Assembly (NCBI GenBank): GCA_964441235.1
Contig: CAYTUQ010000004.1
Location: forward strand, 6,269-70,268
DNA: 64,000 nt
DNA from: an uncultured bacterium
GTDB taxonomy: Bacteria; Fidelibacterota; UBA2242
Reading direction: 5' to 3'
In this document: in pieces, positions 9,649-20,981 of the stretch
How the letters are laid out: the number at the start of each line of letters is the position of its first letter
How positions within the stretch are numbered: position 1 is the first letter of the stretch
Notes under the pieces: model-generated
What the model saw: only the letters and a program-made list of their open reading frames with translations
What the model was told of the DNA's origin: nothing
The model's database searches: none
Made by a program: the position numbers and the translations under genes

Positions 9649-10292
9649 TGTTTACCGGTCTTATTGAAGAAATGGGAAAAATCAAAGGGATTACTCCCAA
9701 CACTAAGGGTAAAGAATTTCGTATAGAGTCAAAAAAAGTTATTAATCATCTGAATATTGGTGACAGTGTCGCTATTGATGGTGCATGCCTGACTGTAACA
9801 GCCCAAACTAAAGAATATTTTTCTGTCCAAGCGGTAGAGGAGACTCTTGTAAAAACAACTTTGAAAAACGTTAAAATTGGTAGTTCAGTTAATATTGAAC
9901 GTGCTGTGCTTGCTATCGGTAGATTTGGGGGGCATTTTGTCCAGGGGCATGTTGATGGCATTGCGGAAATTGTATCATTTCAGAGAACTGGTGAAGCAGC
10001 AAAATTGAAGATTAAAATCCCTGATGCAATTGTGAAGTATATAGTTCTGAAAGGTTCGATAGCTTTAAACGGGATCAGTCTAACGGTTGCTGAGGTAAAT
10101 GGTTCAATCGTTACTATAGCATTGATTCCGCTTACTCTGAAGAATACAAATCTGGGTCAGAAAAGAGTGGGTAACAGTTTGAATATTGAGGTTGACCTGT
10201 TGGCAAAATATGTTGAGAATTTTCTTAAGAGTAAGGAACAGAAAACGATTTCAGTTGAAAAAATTAAAACATGGGGATACGGGGGAAATTGA
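9648..10292 (+). CDS. ribE: Riboflavin synthase alpha subunit.
   Basis: N-terminal MFTGLIEE...G consensus and duplicated lumazine-binding halves (GDSVAIDGACLTV and GISLTVAEV). Confidence 0.85.
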   Translation: MFTGLIEEMGKIKGITPNTKGKEFRIESKKVINHLNIGDSVAIDGACLTVTAQTKEYFSVQAVEETLVKTTLKNVKIGSSVNIERAVLAIGRFGGHFVQGHVDGIAEIVSFQRTGEAAKLKIKIPDAIVKYIVLKGSIALNGISLTVAEVNGSIVTIALIPLTLKNTNLGQKRVGNSLNIEVDLLAKYVENFLKSKEQKTISVEKIKTWGYGGN

Positions 10293-10404
10293 CGATTTAC
10301 AATTGTCAGTTTTCAATTGATAATTAATAATTAATAATGGTGTGGAAAAACCAATTTTCTGAAGCGAGTAAATATTTACAGTTGGTTTAAATAAAATAAT
10401 TTAA

Positions 10405-11625
10405 TTGAGAGAGAAAATGATATTCAATACAGTAGAAGAAGCTGCTGAGGATTTTAAACAGGGAAAATTTGTCATTATCGTTGATGATGAGAATAGGGAA
10501 AATGAAGGCGATTTTATCATTGCAGCTGAGAAAGTAACTCCTGATGATGTGAATTTTATGGTAAAATATGCCCGGGGTTTGATGTGTGTCAGCTTAACAA
10601 AAGAGAGGGCGAAAGCTCTTGACTTAAATTTGATGGTGCAGGATAATACTGCGCTTCACAATACGAGTTTTACTGTAAGTATTGACTTAAAGAAAGGTAC
10701 AACGACTGGAATATCTGCATTTGACCGCGCTGCTACAGTTAAAGCACTTGCGGACCCAAAAACAAAACCGGAGGATTTTGGAAGGCCCGGTCATATTTTC
10801 CCCATCATTGCACGCTCAGGAGGAGTGTTGCGTCGTGCAGGACATACAGAGGCTTCTGTTGACCTTGCAAAAATTGCAGGATTAAAGCCAATCGGCGTTA
10901 TGTGTGAAATAATGGATGAAGATGGAAATATGGCACGAGGCGAAACTTTATATAAATTGGCAGAAGAATATAAGATAAAGATAATCACCGTTGCTGATAT
11001 TATCACTTATAGAAGAAGAACGGAGAAGTTCGTAGAAAAGCTGAGTGAAGCGGAACTTCCAACACGATTTGGGAAATTTCGGATTGTTATCTATCATGAC
11101 AAGATAAGTGATAAAGAACATTTAGCACTTGTTATGGGCGATGTTACAACGGGTGAGCCTGTTATGGTCAGAGTGCATTCGGAATGTCTTACAGGTGATG
11201 TTTTTGGATCGTTGCGTTGTGATTGCGGCGAGCAGCTTCATAGATCAATGGAGATGGTTCAACAATGCAAGCGCGGCGTTATTCTTTATTTGCGGCAGGA
11301 GGGAAGAGGAATCGGATTAAGGCATAAAATTTCTGCTTATAAACTTCAGGATGAAGGTATGGATACCGTTGAAGCAAATGAAAAACTTGGCTTTTTACCG
11401 GATCTAAGAGATTATGGGATGGGTGCCCAGATTCTTTCTGACCTGGGTGTGAAGAAAATGAGGTTGCTGACGAACAACCCCAAAAAAATCGTCGGACTTC
11501 AGGGATTTGATCTTAAAATCGTTGAAAGAATTCCCATTGAAATTCCACCAAACCAAAATAATAAAAAGTATCTTTTAACAAAGCGTGATAAATTAGGTCA
11601 TTTAATTCTTAGCAATGAACAGTGA
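10405..11625 (+). CDS. ribBA: Bifunctional 3,4-dihydroxy-2-butanone-4-phosphate synthase / GTP cyclohydrolase II.
   Basis: DHBP synthase motif ([12 protein letters not shown]) and GCHII zinc motif (CxxGxxxxSxRCDCG with a Gly-rich NTP loop). Confidence 0.85.
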   Translation: MREKMIFNTVEEAAEDFKQGKFVIIVDDENRENEGDFIIAAEKVTPDDVNFMVKYARGLMCVSLTKERAKALDLNLMVQDNTALHNTSFTVSIDLKKGTTTGISAFDRAATVKALADPKTKPEDFGRPGHIFPIIARSGGVLRRAGHTEASVDLAKIAGLKPIGVMCEIMDEDGNMARGETLYKLAEEYKIKIITVADIITYRRRTEKFVEKLSEAELPTRFGKFRIVIYHDKISDKEHLALVMGDVTTGEPVMVRVHSECLTGDVFGSLRCDCGEQLHRSMEMVQQCKRGVILYLRQEGRGIGLRHKISAYKLQDEGMDTVEANEKLGFLPDLRDYGMGAQILSDLGVKKMRLLTNNPKKIVGLQGFDLKIVERIPIEIPPNQNNKKYLLTKRDKLGHLILSNEQ

Positions 11626-11757
11626 GCAATTATCAATGAACAAATAACAAATAACAATTAACATTGAGCAATGAACAGTTGAAGATTATTTTCAATTCTA
11701 AAATTAACCCATTTCTCAAACCATTGATCATTGATAATTGAAAAAGCGAGGTGAAAT

Positions 11758-12231
11758 ATGATTAATGTACATGAAGGTGTTCTCTCTGCAGAAAAAATGA
11801 GCGTTGCAATTGTAGCAAGTCGTTTTAATGATATGATAACAAAGGAACTTTTAGAGGGTAGTCTGGATTGCCTGAAACGTCATGGTGCTACTGAAAAGGA
11901 TATACATGTCTATTGGGTACCAGGAGCGTTTGAGATCCCAAGGATTGCTCGTGAAGTAGCTATTACTAAAAGATTCGACGGCGTAATCTGTCTTGGTGCA
12001 GTGATTCGTGGAGCAACGCCGCATTTTGATATGGTGGCGGCAGAAGTATCTAAGGGTGTAGCAAGAGTAGCTATTGAATCCGAAGTTCCAGTTATTTTTG
12101 GCGTGTTGACAACGGATAGTATTGAGCAGGCACTTGAACGAGCAGGTACGAAGGCTGGAAATAAAGGCTGGGATGCTGCATTAAGTATGATTGAAATGGC
12201 AAACCTTATTAGGTCGATTAAAAAGAAATAG
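11758..12231 (+). CDS. ribH: 6,7-dimethyl-8-ribityllumazine synthase.
   Basis: 157 aa and lumazine-synthase-like (VPGAFEIP and the ATPHFD region). Confidence 0.85.
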   Translation: MINVHEGVLSAEKMSVAIVASRFNDMITKELLEGSLDCLKRHGATEKDIHVYWVPGAFEIPRIAREVAITKRFDGVICLGAVIRGATPHFDMVAAEVSKGVARVAIESEVPVIFGVLTTDSIEQALERAGTKAGNKGWDAALSMIEMANLIRSIKKK

Positions 12232-12548
12232 CGTAACTGTTCATTGAGTTATGTCCCGAAGGTACTCTTTGATATACATCGGAGTTCTTCCCCAAAGAGA
12301 TGCCTCCGGCACGTGACCTTCGGAGGAAAATTGGAATAATGGAATATTGGAATATCGTACTGGGGATTCATGGAGGAGTAATGGTTGTCTTCCGGAGGAA
12401 TGTTGAGTGTACTCATCCATCCTCCGAAGCGGAGTCAAGAGACATTCACCCATTACTCCAACATTCCATCATTCCTTCATAAGAAATCTGTGAACGGTTA
12501 CGAAATAACTTACTATAAAATTATTGATCAACTGCGTTGTGACGTCAC

Positions 12549-14996
12549 ATGTGGATTCAAAGGATGTGTAACTCCGTGCTTAAAATTGTAAACTACTACT
12601 GTAAACTGCCTGCTTATTTTTGTGCCTTAGTAACTTTATGGTTCATTCCTTCTTTACTTTTTTGCCAAAATGTTGTAGGTGAGTGGGATGGATATGCATC
12701 GACGCTTAATATAAGAGATTTATTAATCCGGGAACACTGTGTTTACGGTGCCAGCAGTGGTGGTCTTGTTCAATTCGATATAGAAAGCCAAAAGTTTGAC
12801 GTTTTTGGGATAAGAGACGGTTTAACCCGAATGGATATTAAATGTATAGCAGAAGATATATTTGGCAATTTTTGGTTGGGTATGAGTTATCCTGATGGTG
12901 AGATTAACGTCTGGGATGTAGAGTCTATGACTGTTAAAGATGTTTTTAATGAGAGTGATTGGGGAGAGAAACTTTCTTCGATTTCTGATTTTACATTTTA
13001 TAAGAATCAAGCATTCGCTGCATACCAGCAAAATGTTGATTGGGGAATTTTACATTTTAAAATTGAGGGGAATAAATACGAATACAAGGATTTTTATCCC
13101 AACTTCCCTTTATATTTTTCATCTATTAATTCAGTTAGTGTGTTTGATGATACAATTTGGATAGCAACGAGTTCTGGCTTACTATACTCTGAATTGAGTG
13201 ATACAATTGATCTTAAGAATCCAAAAAATTGGGAAATTGTGCACTTTCTTGGGCAGAATTATGTATCCAGTATTGTAGAATATAATAGTGCTATTACAGT
13301 GAACTTTGGATTGGATATTTACAAAATTGAGGGTGATCAACCAGTATTAATAAATTACAGTTTAAATAAGAAAATTAATTCACTATCCGTAGATGTTGAT
13401 GGGAATCTTATTGCCTCTACAAATAGAGGTGTTTATAAGTTGCAAGATGAGCGTTGGATACCTTTTGGTGGTGGTAATATTCTTAAAACTGTTAGTGACA
13501 TTGATCGGAATTTGTGGGGATGCACACCCGGAAATGGTTTATGGAATTATAATGGTGATGGATATACTTTCTTTCTCCAAAATACGATTTTGGACAATGC
13601 GAATACTTCGCTTTTTATAGACGACAATGGAAATCTTACAACAGCAACTCTAAATGGGATAAGTTTTTTAACTGATAAAGGCTGGTATAATATAGTCAAG
13701 TCAAATTATGATAAAAATATTCACGATCATTCTAATGATGATTGGAGTTATTTTGTTGCGGATACACTTGCTTACCAGGTTTCAAGTCGTATATATTCAA
13801 TTGTCAAAAGAAGCGATGGAAATTATTTTGCATCTTTGTATGGTTCTCATATAGAACAGGGGTTAAAAGGGGGGTTACTAAGATTTAATTTAAATGATTT
13901 AGAGAATTACATAGTTTATGATACAACTGATGGAGTAATAGCAGGTTCTGAAGGAAAAGGTGGTAGTGCATATTATCTTTGTCCTGCTTATATGGCTCTT
14001 GATAAAAAAGATAATTTATGGATAGCAAACCAATATGCTCAGAATGATAGTGTTATCGCAGTTCTTTCCTCTAATGATCAATGGTATCACTTTTCTATTG
14101 ATGAGTCAGATAATTTTCTGAATTATCATATTACATCAATTGATTTTGATAAAGAAGGAAGGGTCTGGTTTGCCTCAGAAGTTCACGGGGGTGATTCGCC
14201 TTCTAATGGTGGATTAATTGTTCTTAATTATAATGGCACCCTGGGTGACAAATCCGACGATGAATGGTATTTAATTAATACAAGTTATGGTTTAGGAGAT
14301 AAATCGGTTTTTTCAATTGTTTTTGATAAGGAAGAAGAACTCTGGATAATGAATGCTGCAGGTATTCAAAGGGCTATTATCTCCTCAAGATTTCCGGATA
14401 AGATATTTGATAGTATTGATTCCCCTGCTTTAACCAGTATCCCATTTGCAAAAGAATGTAGAATTAAGGTTGATGATATGAATAATAAATGGATCAGCAC
14501 GGTAAATTCCGGTGTGAAAGTTTATACACATAATGGAGTATGGCTGCCTGAGGACGATTTTTATAGTGTAGAAGGTTTTACTACAAATAATTCAGGCTTA
14601 TTAAGTAATATAATTCTTGATATTGCATTTTATCCACCGGAAGGATTAGTGTATCTTGCTACAACAAAAGGAATTTCTGTATATAAATCACCCTATGCGG
14701 TTTATGGGGATGAATATAAGGAATTAAAAATTTATCCAATGCCATTTGAGATACCTTCATCGAAGCCCCTTGTTATAGATGGATTATTACAAGGTTCCGA
14801 AGTGAAGATTACCACAATTGACGGTACTTTTATTCGTCATCTTACTATAAAAAATGGTACTGTTGTTGGTCAACAAGCTTTCTGGGATGGTAAATCTTAT
14901 CATGGAAGTTATGTCAGTAGTGGAGTATATATCTGTTTAGCATATACCAGGGAAGGTGATACAACTGTTGGGAAAATTGCTGTAGTAAGAAAATAA
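12549..14996 (+). CDS. Secreted beta-propeller (Reg_prop-like repeat) protein with a T9SS C-terminal sorting domain.
   Basis: Signal-peptide-like N-terminus. Repeated motifs WIATSSGLLY / VWFASE / LWIMNAAGI / KWISTVNSGVKVY. The last ~80 aa match the Por-secretion CTD (KITTIDGTFIRHL...GVYICLAYT...GKIAVVRK). The start codon is uncertain. Confidence 0.6.
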   Translation: MWIQRMCNSVLKIVNYYCKLPAYFCALVTLWFIPSLLFCQNVVGEWDGYASTLNIRDLLIREHCVYGASSGGLVQFDIESQKFDVFGIRDGLTRMDIKCIAEDIFGNFWLGMSYPDGEINVWDVESMTVKDVFNESDWGEKLSSISDFTFYKNQAFAAYQQNVDWGILHFKIEGNKYEYKDFYPNFPLYFSSINSVSVFDDTIWIATSSGLLYSELSDTIDLKNPKNWEIVHFLGQNYVSSIVEYNSAITVNFGLDIYKIEGDQPVLINYSLNKKINSLSVDVDGNLIASTNRGVYKLQDERWIPFGGGNILKTVSDIDRNLWGCTPGNGLWNYNGDGYTFFLQNTILDNANTSLFIDDNGNLTTATLNGISFLTDKGWYNIVKSNYDKNIHDHSNDDWSYFVADTLAYQVSSRIYSIVKRSDGNYFASLYGSHIEQGLKGGLLRFNLNDLENYIVYDTTDGVIAGSEGKGGSAYYLCPAYMALDKKDNLWIANQYAQNDSVIAVLSSNDQWYHFSIDESDNFLNYHITSIDFDKEGRVWFASEVHGGDSPSNGGLIVLNYNGTLGDKSDDEWYLINTSYGLGDKSVFSIVFDKEEELWIMNAAGIQRAIISSRFPDKIFDSIDSPALTSIPFAKECRIKVDDMNNKWISTVNSGVKVYTHNGVWLPEDDFYSVEGFTTNNSGLLSNIILDIAFYPPEGLVYLATTKGISVYKSPYAVYGDEYKELKIYPMPFEIPSSKPLVIDGLLQGSEVKITTIDGTFIRHLTIKNGTVVGQQAFWDGKSYHGSYVSSGVYICLAYTREGDTTVGKIAVVRK

Positions 14997-15057
14997 TTAT
15001 ACAGAGTTTCAGCAAAGTATAGATTTGAGTGAATGAGTTAAAGTTATCTGTATATTA

Positions 15058-15458
15058 TCATTTTAATTCCTTATACATCCTATAAAATTTAAAAAATTGA
15101 CCATATAATTTCATTGACGATTTCTTGGCAATCGTAAATCCCAATTTCCTATATAAATTAATCGCGTTTATATTTTCTATCTCTATATTTAAAGATAGTC
15201 TATTAGCACCGCATTGTTTTGCCTCTTTTTCAACCTTATCAATTAAACAGGTTCCTACTCCCATTCCTCTATATTTTGGGTAAACGGCTACATTGCTTAT
15301 ATAATATTCTTTCTCATAGACCCACCCAACTGTATTTTTAGATTTTAAAAAAGAATATATCCTTTAAAAAAAATCTACTCTCATATTTTTCAATAGAAGC
15401 AACCCGGTTTGAAGGTCTTCTCGTTTTTTTAACTGCCAGTCATATCCTAAGATCATTC
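15058..15458 (-). pseudogene. GNAT family N-acetyltransferase, frameshifted at a T8 homopolymer.
   Basis: The N-terminal piece MILGYDWQLKKREDLQTGLLLLKNMRVDFF runs to a stop. The GNAT core (ISNVAVYPKYRGMGVG...NAINLYRKLGF) continues in another frame. The junction lies at tttttttt (approx. 15346-15353). Confidence 0.5.
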
Positions 15459-15874
15459 CTGCTTTTTTATAACCAACTTATTCCTCTCCAGAAAAAATAT
15501 TTTGAGATGATAGGGATTAAGAATCCGATGAGATTAGAAAAATATATATGATGAAGAATTAAAAATGCTAACTAGCTTATAAATAAAGGACATAGACGAT
15601 TTATGTGTTTAATTAGAGTTTAAAGAAAAAGATTTCCGATTATATGATTCGTTAGAAAGCGGAGCTTTCCCATTGGGACCTCTTTTCCGAAGGTCCGAAG
15701 GTCACAACGGACTCCTTTGGAGACTCCTTCGGAGAATTCCTTCGGAACAAGGCGGGGTACGAATCGGGACCGAATAAAACCCGTAACTGAGGTTTTACCA
15801 GTTCAGTTATAAAACAATTGACATTCGTATTAAATATGTTCAAATTCCACCGGTTTTTTTAGGGGAGAGTCAAT

Positions 15875-16066
15875 ATGTCAAAAGTTTGTGAAATTTGTGG
15901 TAAAAAGCCATTATTTGGTAACAATGTAAGTCATGCTCATAATAAAACAAGACGCAGATGGGATCCTAACCTACAGAAAATACGGATTAACGATAACGGA
16001 ACAATTCGTACTGTAAAAATTTGTACCTCATGTCTTAAAAAGAGCAATATTCAAAAAGCTGTTTAA
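15875..16066 (+). CDS. rpmB: 50S ribosomal protein L28.
   Basis: [12 protein letters not shown]...[18 protein letters not shown] matches the L28 consensus. Confidence 0.9.
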   Translation: MSKVCEICGKKPLFGNNVSHAHNKTRRRWDPNLQKIRINDNGTIRTVKICTSCLKKSNIQKAV

Positions 16067-16087
16067 GTTTCATTTGAAAACATTGAG

Positions 16088-16116
16088 ATATGTGAGCTCC
16101 GGTGTCAGGAGCTCTT
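16088..16116 (+). terminator. Rho-independent terminator after rpmB.
   Basis: gagctccggtgtcaggagctc stem-loop followed by tttttta. Confidence 0.7.
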
Positions 16117-16162
16117 TTTTATACATATTCGAAAGCAATATATTCTTACCTGACATATTTTA

Positions 16163-17347
16163 TTACTCGTTCATTTTTCTACGCAGATATGCAGGAATAT
16201 CAAGACCGCTTGGAGAGAAATCTTCATCTGTGGTTTCTTCGAAATCGAACTTTAATGAGGATTTCGTGTCACCTTTGTCTTCGGAAAAGGTTTCCGTGAA
16301 TTGATTTAATGTTACTTTTTGCGTTTCGAATTCTTCGAGATTTGCTGGGATTTCGATACCAATAATTTGTCTATTTCTTAAAACAGGCTTAGCACCAAAA
16401 CCGGTAGCAATTACTGTAATCATTATTTCATCGGTTAAATTTTCATCGATTACTGCTCCAAAAATTATATCAGCATCTTTTCCAGCTTCCTCTGCAATAA
16501 TTTGACATGCTTCATCTACTTCAAAAAGATTCATGTCTTCACCGCCAGTGACATTTATCAATAGACCATTTGCTCCTTTAATGCTCATGTCATCCAAAAG
16601 GGGACTGGATATTGCTTGCTGGGCAGCTAAAACAGCTCTCTCTTCTCCAGTTGCCAGCCCGGTACCCATTATTGCTTCTCCCATGTCCCTCATTATTGTT
16701 CTTATATCAGCAAAGTCTAAATTGATGATACCGTGGTGATTAATTAAGTCTGAAATTCCTTTTGTTGCTTGATAAAGAATGCTATCAGCAATTTTAAAAG
16801 CTTCTGTAATTTTTGTTTTTCTATCCACTATAGTTAGCAAACGTTGATTTGGAATTACAATAAGAGTGTCAACAGTCTCTTTTAGTTCCTGAAGTCCCTG
16901 TTCAGCACGCTTCATACGTTTAGGACCTTCAAAGTAAAATGGCTTTGTCACGATTCCTACAGTCAGACAGCCTTGTTCCTTTGCAATTTTGGCAATTAAT
17001 GGAGAAGCACCAGTTCCTGTACCTCCACCCATTCCAGCTGTAATAAAAACCATATCCGCATAATTAATTGCGTTGAAAGTTGGTTTTGTGTCGGATTCCA
17101 TAGCTTTACGTCCAATTTCAGTGACTGCACCAGTACCCAATCCTCGAGTTAACTCCTTACCTATTTGGATCTTTGTTGGTGCTTTGTTATTATCAAGGTC
17201 TTGAGCATCTGTATTTATTGATATAAAGTCTACTCCTGAAAGACCTGATTCAATCATTCTGTTAATGGCATTTCCGCCTCCGCCACCAACGCCAATAACC
17301 TTAAGTTTTGCGTTCTGGTTGGCAAGATCATCAAATTCGAATAACAT
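16163..17347 (-). CDS. ftsZ: Cell division GTPase FtsZ.
   Basis: [11 protein letters not shown] tubulin signature and T7 loop. A linker and the conserved C-terminal peptide DIPAYLRRK are present. Confidence 0.95.
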   Translation of the reverse strand: MLFEFDDLANQNAKLKVIGVGGGGGNAINRMIESGLSGVDFISINTDAQDLDNNKAPTKIQIGKELTRGLGTGAVTEIGRKAMESDTKPTFNAINYADMVFITAGMGGGTGTGASPLIAKIAKEQGCLTVGIVTKPFYFEGPKRMKRAEQGLQELKETVDTLIVIPNQRLLTIVDRKTKITEAFKIADSILYQATKGISDLINHHGIINLDFADIRTIMRDMGEAIMGTGLATGEERAVLAAQQAISSPLLDDMSIKGANGLLINVTGGEDMNLFEVDEACQIIAEEAGKDADIIFGAVIDENLTDEIMITVIATGFGAKPVLRNRQIIGIEIPANLEEFETQKVTLNQFTETFSEDKGDTKSSLKFDFEETTDEDFSPSGLDIPAYLRRKMNE

Positions 17348-17370
17348 ATAAACCTCCCCAATGTTAAAGG

Positions 17371-18633
17371 TTACATTACATTTTCACTTAAATTTTTTAT
17401 CCACGTCCGGAATTTTGGAAATGGACCTTTTGATATTTGTTGAAATTGTGATTTACTTTTTCTTTCTTCAATAGCGAATTTTAAGAGTCCTACTGAAGTT
17501 GCGAAGGATGGGCTATTTATTTCTTCGTTTAATCCTTGAAATCCCTTTGGGTAACCTATTCTTGCTGATGAGTTAAATATATTTTCAGCAAGTTGTTCGC
17601 TCCCTTTAAGAAGAGCACCTCCGCCAGTAAGAACTATGGCAAGTGTGTTTTTCAGAGAAATATCAGCCTTTCTTGCTTCTAAATAAGCTTCTCTAAAAAT
17701 TTCCTCCATTCTGGGTTCAATATATTCTGCAAGTGTATCTATGGAAATCTCTCTTGGGGGACGACCTCCTAATCCTTCTATTTTGAAATTTGCTCCTTTA
17801 TCTGCTAATGAGGCTATAGCACAACCGTGTTCCCGTTTTATAGATTCCGCTTTATCTAAAGGAATACGCAGTAAGTAAGCGATATCATTAGTTACGCTAA
17901 AACCTCCAAGATTTACTACTCCGGTATGGTGAACTCCACCGTCGTAATACACAATAATATCAACTGTACCACTGCCAATATCTATGAGAATTGTCCCTAA
18001 TTCTTTTTCATCCTCTTCGAGAACACTATATGATGCTGCAAGTGATTGCAAAACAAATCTTTCCACCTCTAATTCAGCATTTTTTATACAGCGAGAAAGA
18101 TTTGAGGCCACTATTGTACTATAGGTTGTTAAATGAACTTTTGCTTCAAGACGGCGGCCTGAGAGGTTTATAGGATTTTTAATTCCTGTTTGTTCATCAA
18201 CTATAAATTCTTTAGGTATTGTGTGAAGTATTTGTCTATCAACAGGAAGAGGAACTGCTTTTGTGTGTTCAATTACTCTTTCTATATCCTCTTGTTCAAT
18301 TTCACGGGCTTCACCTAACCCGGTTCTTGAGCCTTGAGAAATTGCAATTGCTCCTTTTGTATTTATACTTCGGATGTGATCACCGGTTATACTTACGTAA
18401 CAGCGAGATATTGTATGACCGGACATCTTTTCAGCATCTGAAACAGCTTGAATAATAGACTTGGTTGCTTCTTCTATATTAACGACTAAACCTTTTTTTA
18501 TACCTTTTGCTGGAGCGACTCCAACACCCTTAATAATAGGCTCCTGTGTTTCTTCTTCAATTTCTGCTATAAGAGCGCAGATTTTAGAGGTTCCAACATC
18601 CAGTGCTGCCAGTATGTGATTCTTTAGTTTCAT
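17371..18633 (-). CDS. ftsA: Cell division protein FtsA.
   Basis: Actin-like fold ([11 protein letters not shown]...DIGSGTVDI...TGGGALL). Lies upstream of ftsZ. Confidence 0.9.
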   Translation of the reverse strand: MKLKNHILAALDVGTSKICALIAEIEEETQEPIIKGVGVAPAKGIKKGLVVNIEEATKSIIQAVSDAEKMSGHTISRCYVSITGDHIRSINTKGAIAISQGSRTGLGEAREIEQEDIERVIEHTKAVPLPVDRQILHTIPKEFIVDEQTGIKNPINLSGRRLEAKVHLTTYSTIVASNLSRCIKNAELEVERFVLQSLAASYSVLEEDEKELGTILIDIGSGTVDIIVYYDGGVHHTGVVNLGGFSVTNDIAYLLRIPLDKAESIKREHGCAIASLADKGANFKIEGLGGRPPREISIDTLAEYIEPRMEEIFREAYLEARKADISLKNTLAIVLTGGGALLKGSEQLAENIFNSSARIGYPKGFQGLNEEINSPSFATSVGLLKFAIEERKSKSQFQQISKGPFPKFRTWIKNLSENVM

Positions 18634-18640
18634 TATTTTA

Positions 18641-19567
18641 TTATGTATGTTTTTCCATTGCTATTATTTGTTTTGCCAGGCGTAGATCAATATATTGATA
18701 ATCATTTAAATACCGTTTATTGTGAAGTAAGAATTGGAATTGTGCTAAAATATTTATTTTTTTTGCAATATTTTCTTTTCCTAAATAGATTGGTGTTCCG
18801 CCATTTATGGTGTATAATTTATAATTTCCATTTTCCTGGTAATGAATCTCAGAAATATTTGAATAGAGCTCCGGAGCAAAATGCATTGTTTTACTGATTA
18901 GACTTACCAATTTTAATAAATCCTTATTAGGTACTAAATGACCGGGTTCGTAAATAAGTGAATCGCTGTCGAACCCGGAAATTACCGGAAGATTATTTTC
19001 CAAATGTTTTTTTGGTAGAGGAAGTGCAATTCCTTGCTCATCAATCAAGGCTAAGTTATCATGATTTATGTAACAGATTGGTACACGTTCTTTTATCAGA
19101 ATTTTAAGATGATTAGGAAAATGTTTGCTTACAATGGCGGCTTTGATGTATGGTAATTCCTCAAGTTGAGTCTGAATAGAGGAGATATCCAGATCAAGAA
19201 TGTTTATTTCAGAAGAAGATCCCACGATTTCGATTATCTCCTGTGAAGTAAGAATAGAACATCCTATTATTTCAAGAGAGTCGATTTTAAATAATTCGGT
19301 GTATTCACACCAATTAATAGAACCGTAAATCACAGAAAATATTGTAAATGCAGAAAAAAGTAGTAAAAATGCGGACTTCATTTTTTTTATAAATGAATTC
19401 TTATTTTTTTTCGTAGCTTCTTTTTTTATCCACGAATTACCTGTCTGCGTCCGTTCGTAAGAATCGTACGATAGGACAGGCAGGCACGAATGTACACGAA
19501 TTGTTTTTTTATAGTCCGTCATGAGCCCGTCTTTGCCGGATCTACGACCAGATCTACCGATTTTCAA
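18641..19567 (-). CDS. ftsQ: Cell division protein FtsQ/DivIB-like.
   Basis: A single TM segment followed by a POTRA-like region. Its position between murC and ftsA supports the call. The start codon is uncertain. Confidence 0.6.
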   Translation of the reverse strand: MKIGRSGRRSGKDGLMTDYKKTIRVHSCLPVLSYDSYERTQTGNSWIKKEATKKNKNSFIKKMKSAFLLLFSAFTIFSVIYGSINWCEYTELFKIDSLEIIGCSILTSQEIIEIVGSSSEINILDLDISSIQTQLEELPYIKAAIVSKHFPNHLKILIKERVPICYINHDNLALIDEQGIALPLPKKHLENNLPVISGFDSDSLIYEPGHLVPNKDLLKLVSLISKTMHFAPELYSNISEIHYQENGNYKLYTINGGTPIYLGKENIAKKINILAQFQFLLHNKRYLNDYQYIDLRLAKQIIAMEKHT

Positions 19568-19580
19568 ATTTTTGTTCGTG

Positions 19581-20981
19581 TTAATTCCTCCTATGGAGCG
19601 GTGAATAATTTTTTACTAATATTTCTTTTATTTTTTTATGAACTTTCCAAACATCCCCAGCGCCCAGAGTAATTATCATATCCCCTGGTTTTGTTAGATT
19701 TTTTATTAGAGCCGGAAGTAGGTCTCTATCTTTGACAAAATAAACCTTTTTTTGCCCCAATTTTTTAGCAGCATTTGCTACTAACTTTCCGGAAATACCT
19801 TCAATGGGTTTTTCCCGAGCAGGGAAGACATCTAAAATAATAATAATATCTGCTTCTTGAAGAGATTCTCCGAATTCATTAAAAAAATCGCGTGTTCTGG
19901 TAAAAAGATGTGGCTGGAAGATTGCTATTATTCTTCTTTTCCATCCATTTTTAGCTGCTTTTAATGTAGCTTTAATTTCAGTTGGATGATGAGCATAGTC
20001 ATCTACAAGCATGTAATTATCGGTTTTAGTGAGAATTTCAAATCTTCGTTGAGCTCCTCTGAATCTGCTGAGACCTGATGCAATAGTTTTAAAAGGCAAA
20101 CCAAGCTCGAGTCCAAGTGTAATTGCAGATAATGCATTTTTTATATTATGAATACCAGGCACAGATAAATTGATTTTACCAATATTTTTACTATTGTATT
20201 TAACTGTAAAAGTACTATTAAATCCTTGCATATTAATATTTTCGGCACATATATCTGCATCAGAAGAAATGCCGTAAGTATTTACTCTCTTTTCCAGATC
20301 AGGAAGGATTTTGCGAACACCAGGTTCATCAATGCAGGCTGTAATTGTTCCATAAAACGGAATTGAGTTTGCAAACTGAATGAAAGCATTTTCAATATCT
20401 TTAAGGGATGAATAGCAGTCGAGGTGTTCTGCTTCAATGCTTGTAATAATAGCATGTGTTGGAGAAAGTTTTAAAAAAGATATATCAAATTCATCGGCTT
20501 CAACGATGATTATGTTGCCATTACCGGGTTTGACTGTGCTTCCTGTGTTTTTATCTACCCCACCTGCGATAATGGTAGGCTCTCTTTTTCCCTCACTGAA
20601 AATGTATCCAATCATTAAGGTAGTTGTGGTTTTACCATGTGTTCCACCAACAGCTATGCTTATTGGCTTTAATTTAATTATTTCACCCAGCATTTCTGCC
20701 CGACTTATGATTGGAATCTTTTTTTCAGAGGCAGCGATAATTTCCGGGTTATCTGATTTGACTGCTGATGAATAAACTAATGTATCACAATCACCTACAT
20801 TTTCCTTATTATGACCAATGGTTATTTTAGTGCCAAGTTTTATTAATCGGTCAGTATTTGCCGACGCACGAAGATCAGAACCTGATACTTTAAATCCGCG
20901 GTTAATTAAGAATTCAGCAATCCCGCACATACCAATACCACCGATTCCAACCATGTGTATTTTTTTAATTTTCCCAAACAT
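19581..20981 (-). CDS. murC: UDP-N-acetylmuramate--L-alanine ligase.
   Basis: Mur ligase P-loop GTHGKTTTT and an HHPTE-type C-terminal region. Lies in the dcw cluster. Confidence 0.9.
   Translation of the reverse strand: MFGKIKKIHMVGIGGIGMCGIAEFLINRGFKVSGSDLRASANTDRLIKLGTKITIGHNKENVGDCDTLVYSSAVKSDNPEIIAASEKKIPIISRAEMLGEIIKLKPISIAVGGTHGKTTTTLMIGYIFSEGKREPTIIAGGVDKNTGSTVKPGNGNIIIVEADEFDISFLKLSPTHAIITSIEAEHLDCYSSLKDIENAFIQFANSIPFYGTITACIDEPGVRKILPDLEKRVNTYGISSDADICAENINMQGFNSTFTVKYNSKNIGKINLSVPGIHNIKNALSAITLGLELGLPFKTIASGLSRFRGAQRRFEILTKTDNYMLVDDYAHHPTEIKATLKAAKNGWKRRIIAIFQPHLFTRTRDFFNEFGESLQEADIIIILDVFPAREKPIEGISGKLVANAAKKLGQKKVYFVKDRDLLPALIKNLTKPGDMIITLGAGDVWKVHKKIKEILVKNYSPLHRRN

Noticed and set aside
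12241-12591. Three short ORFs (60-70 aa) in the ribH-downstream gap.
   Set aside because: The region is a GC-rich hairpin and inverted-repeat element. The ORFs are artefacts of that structure and lack an RBS.
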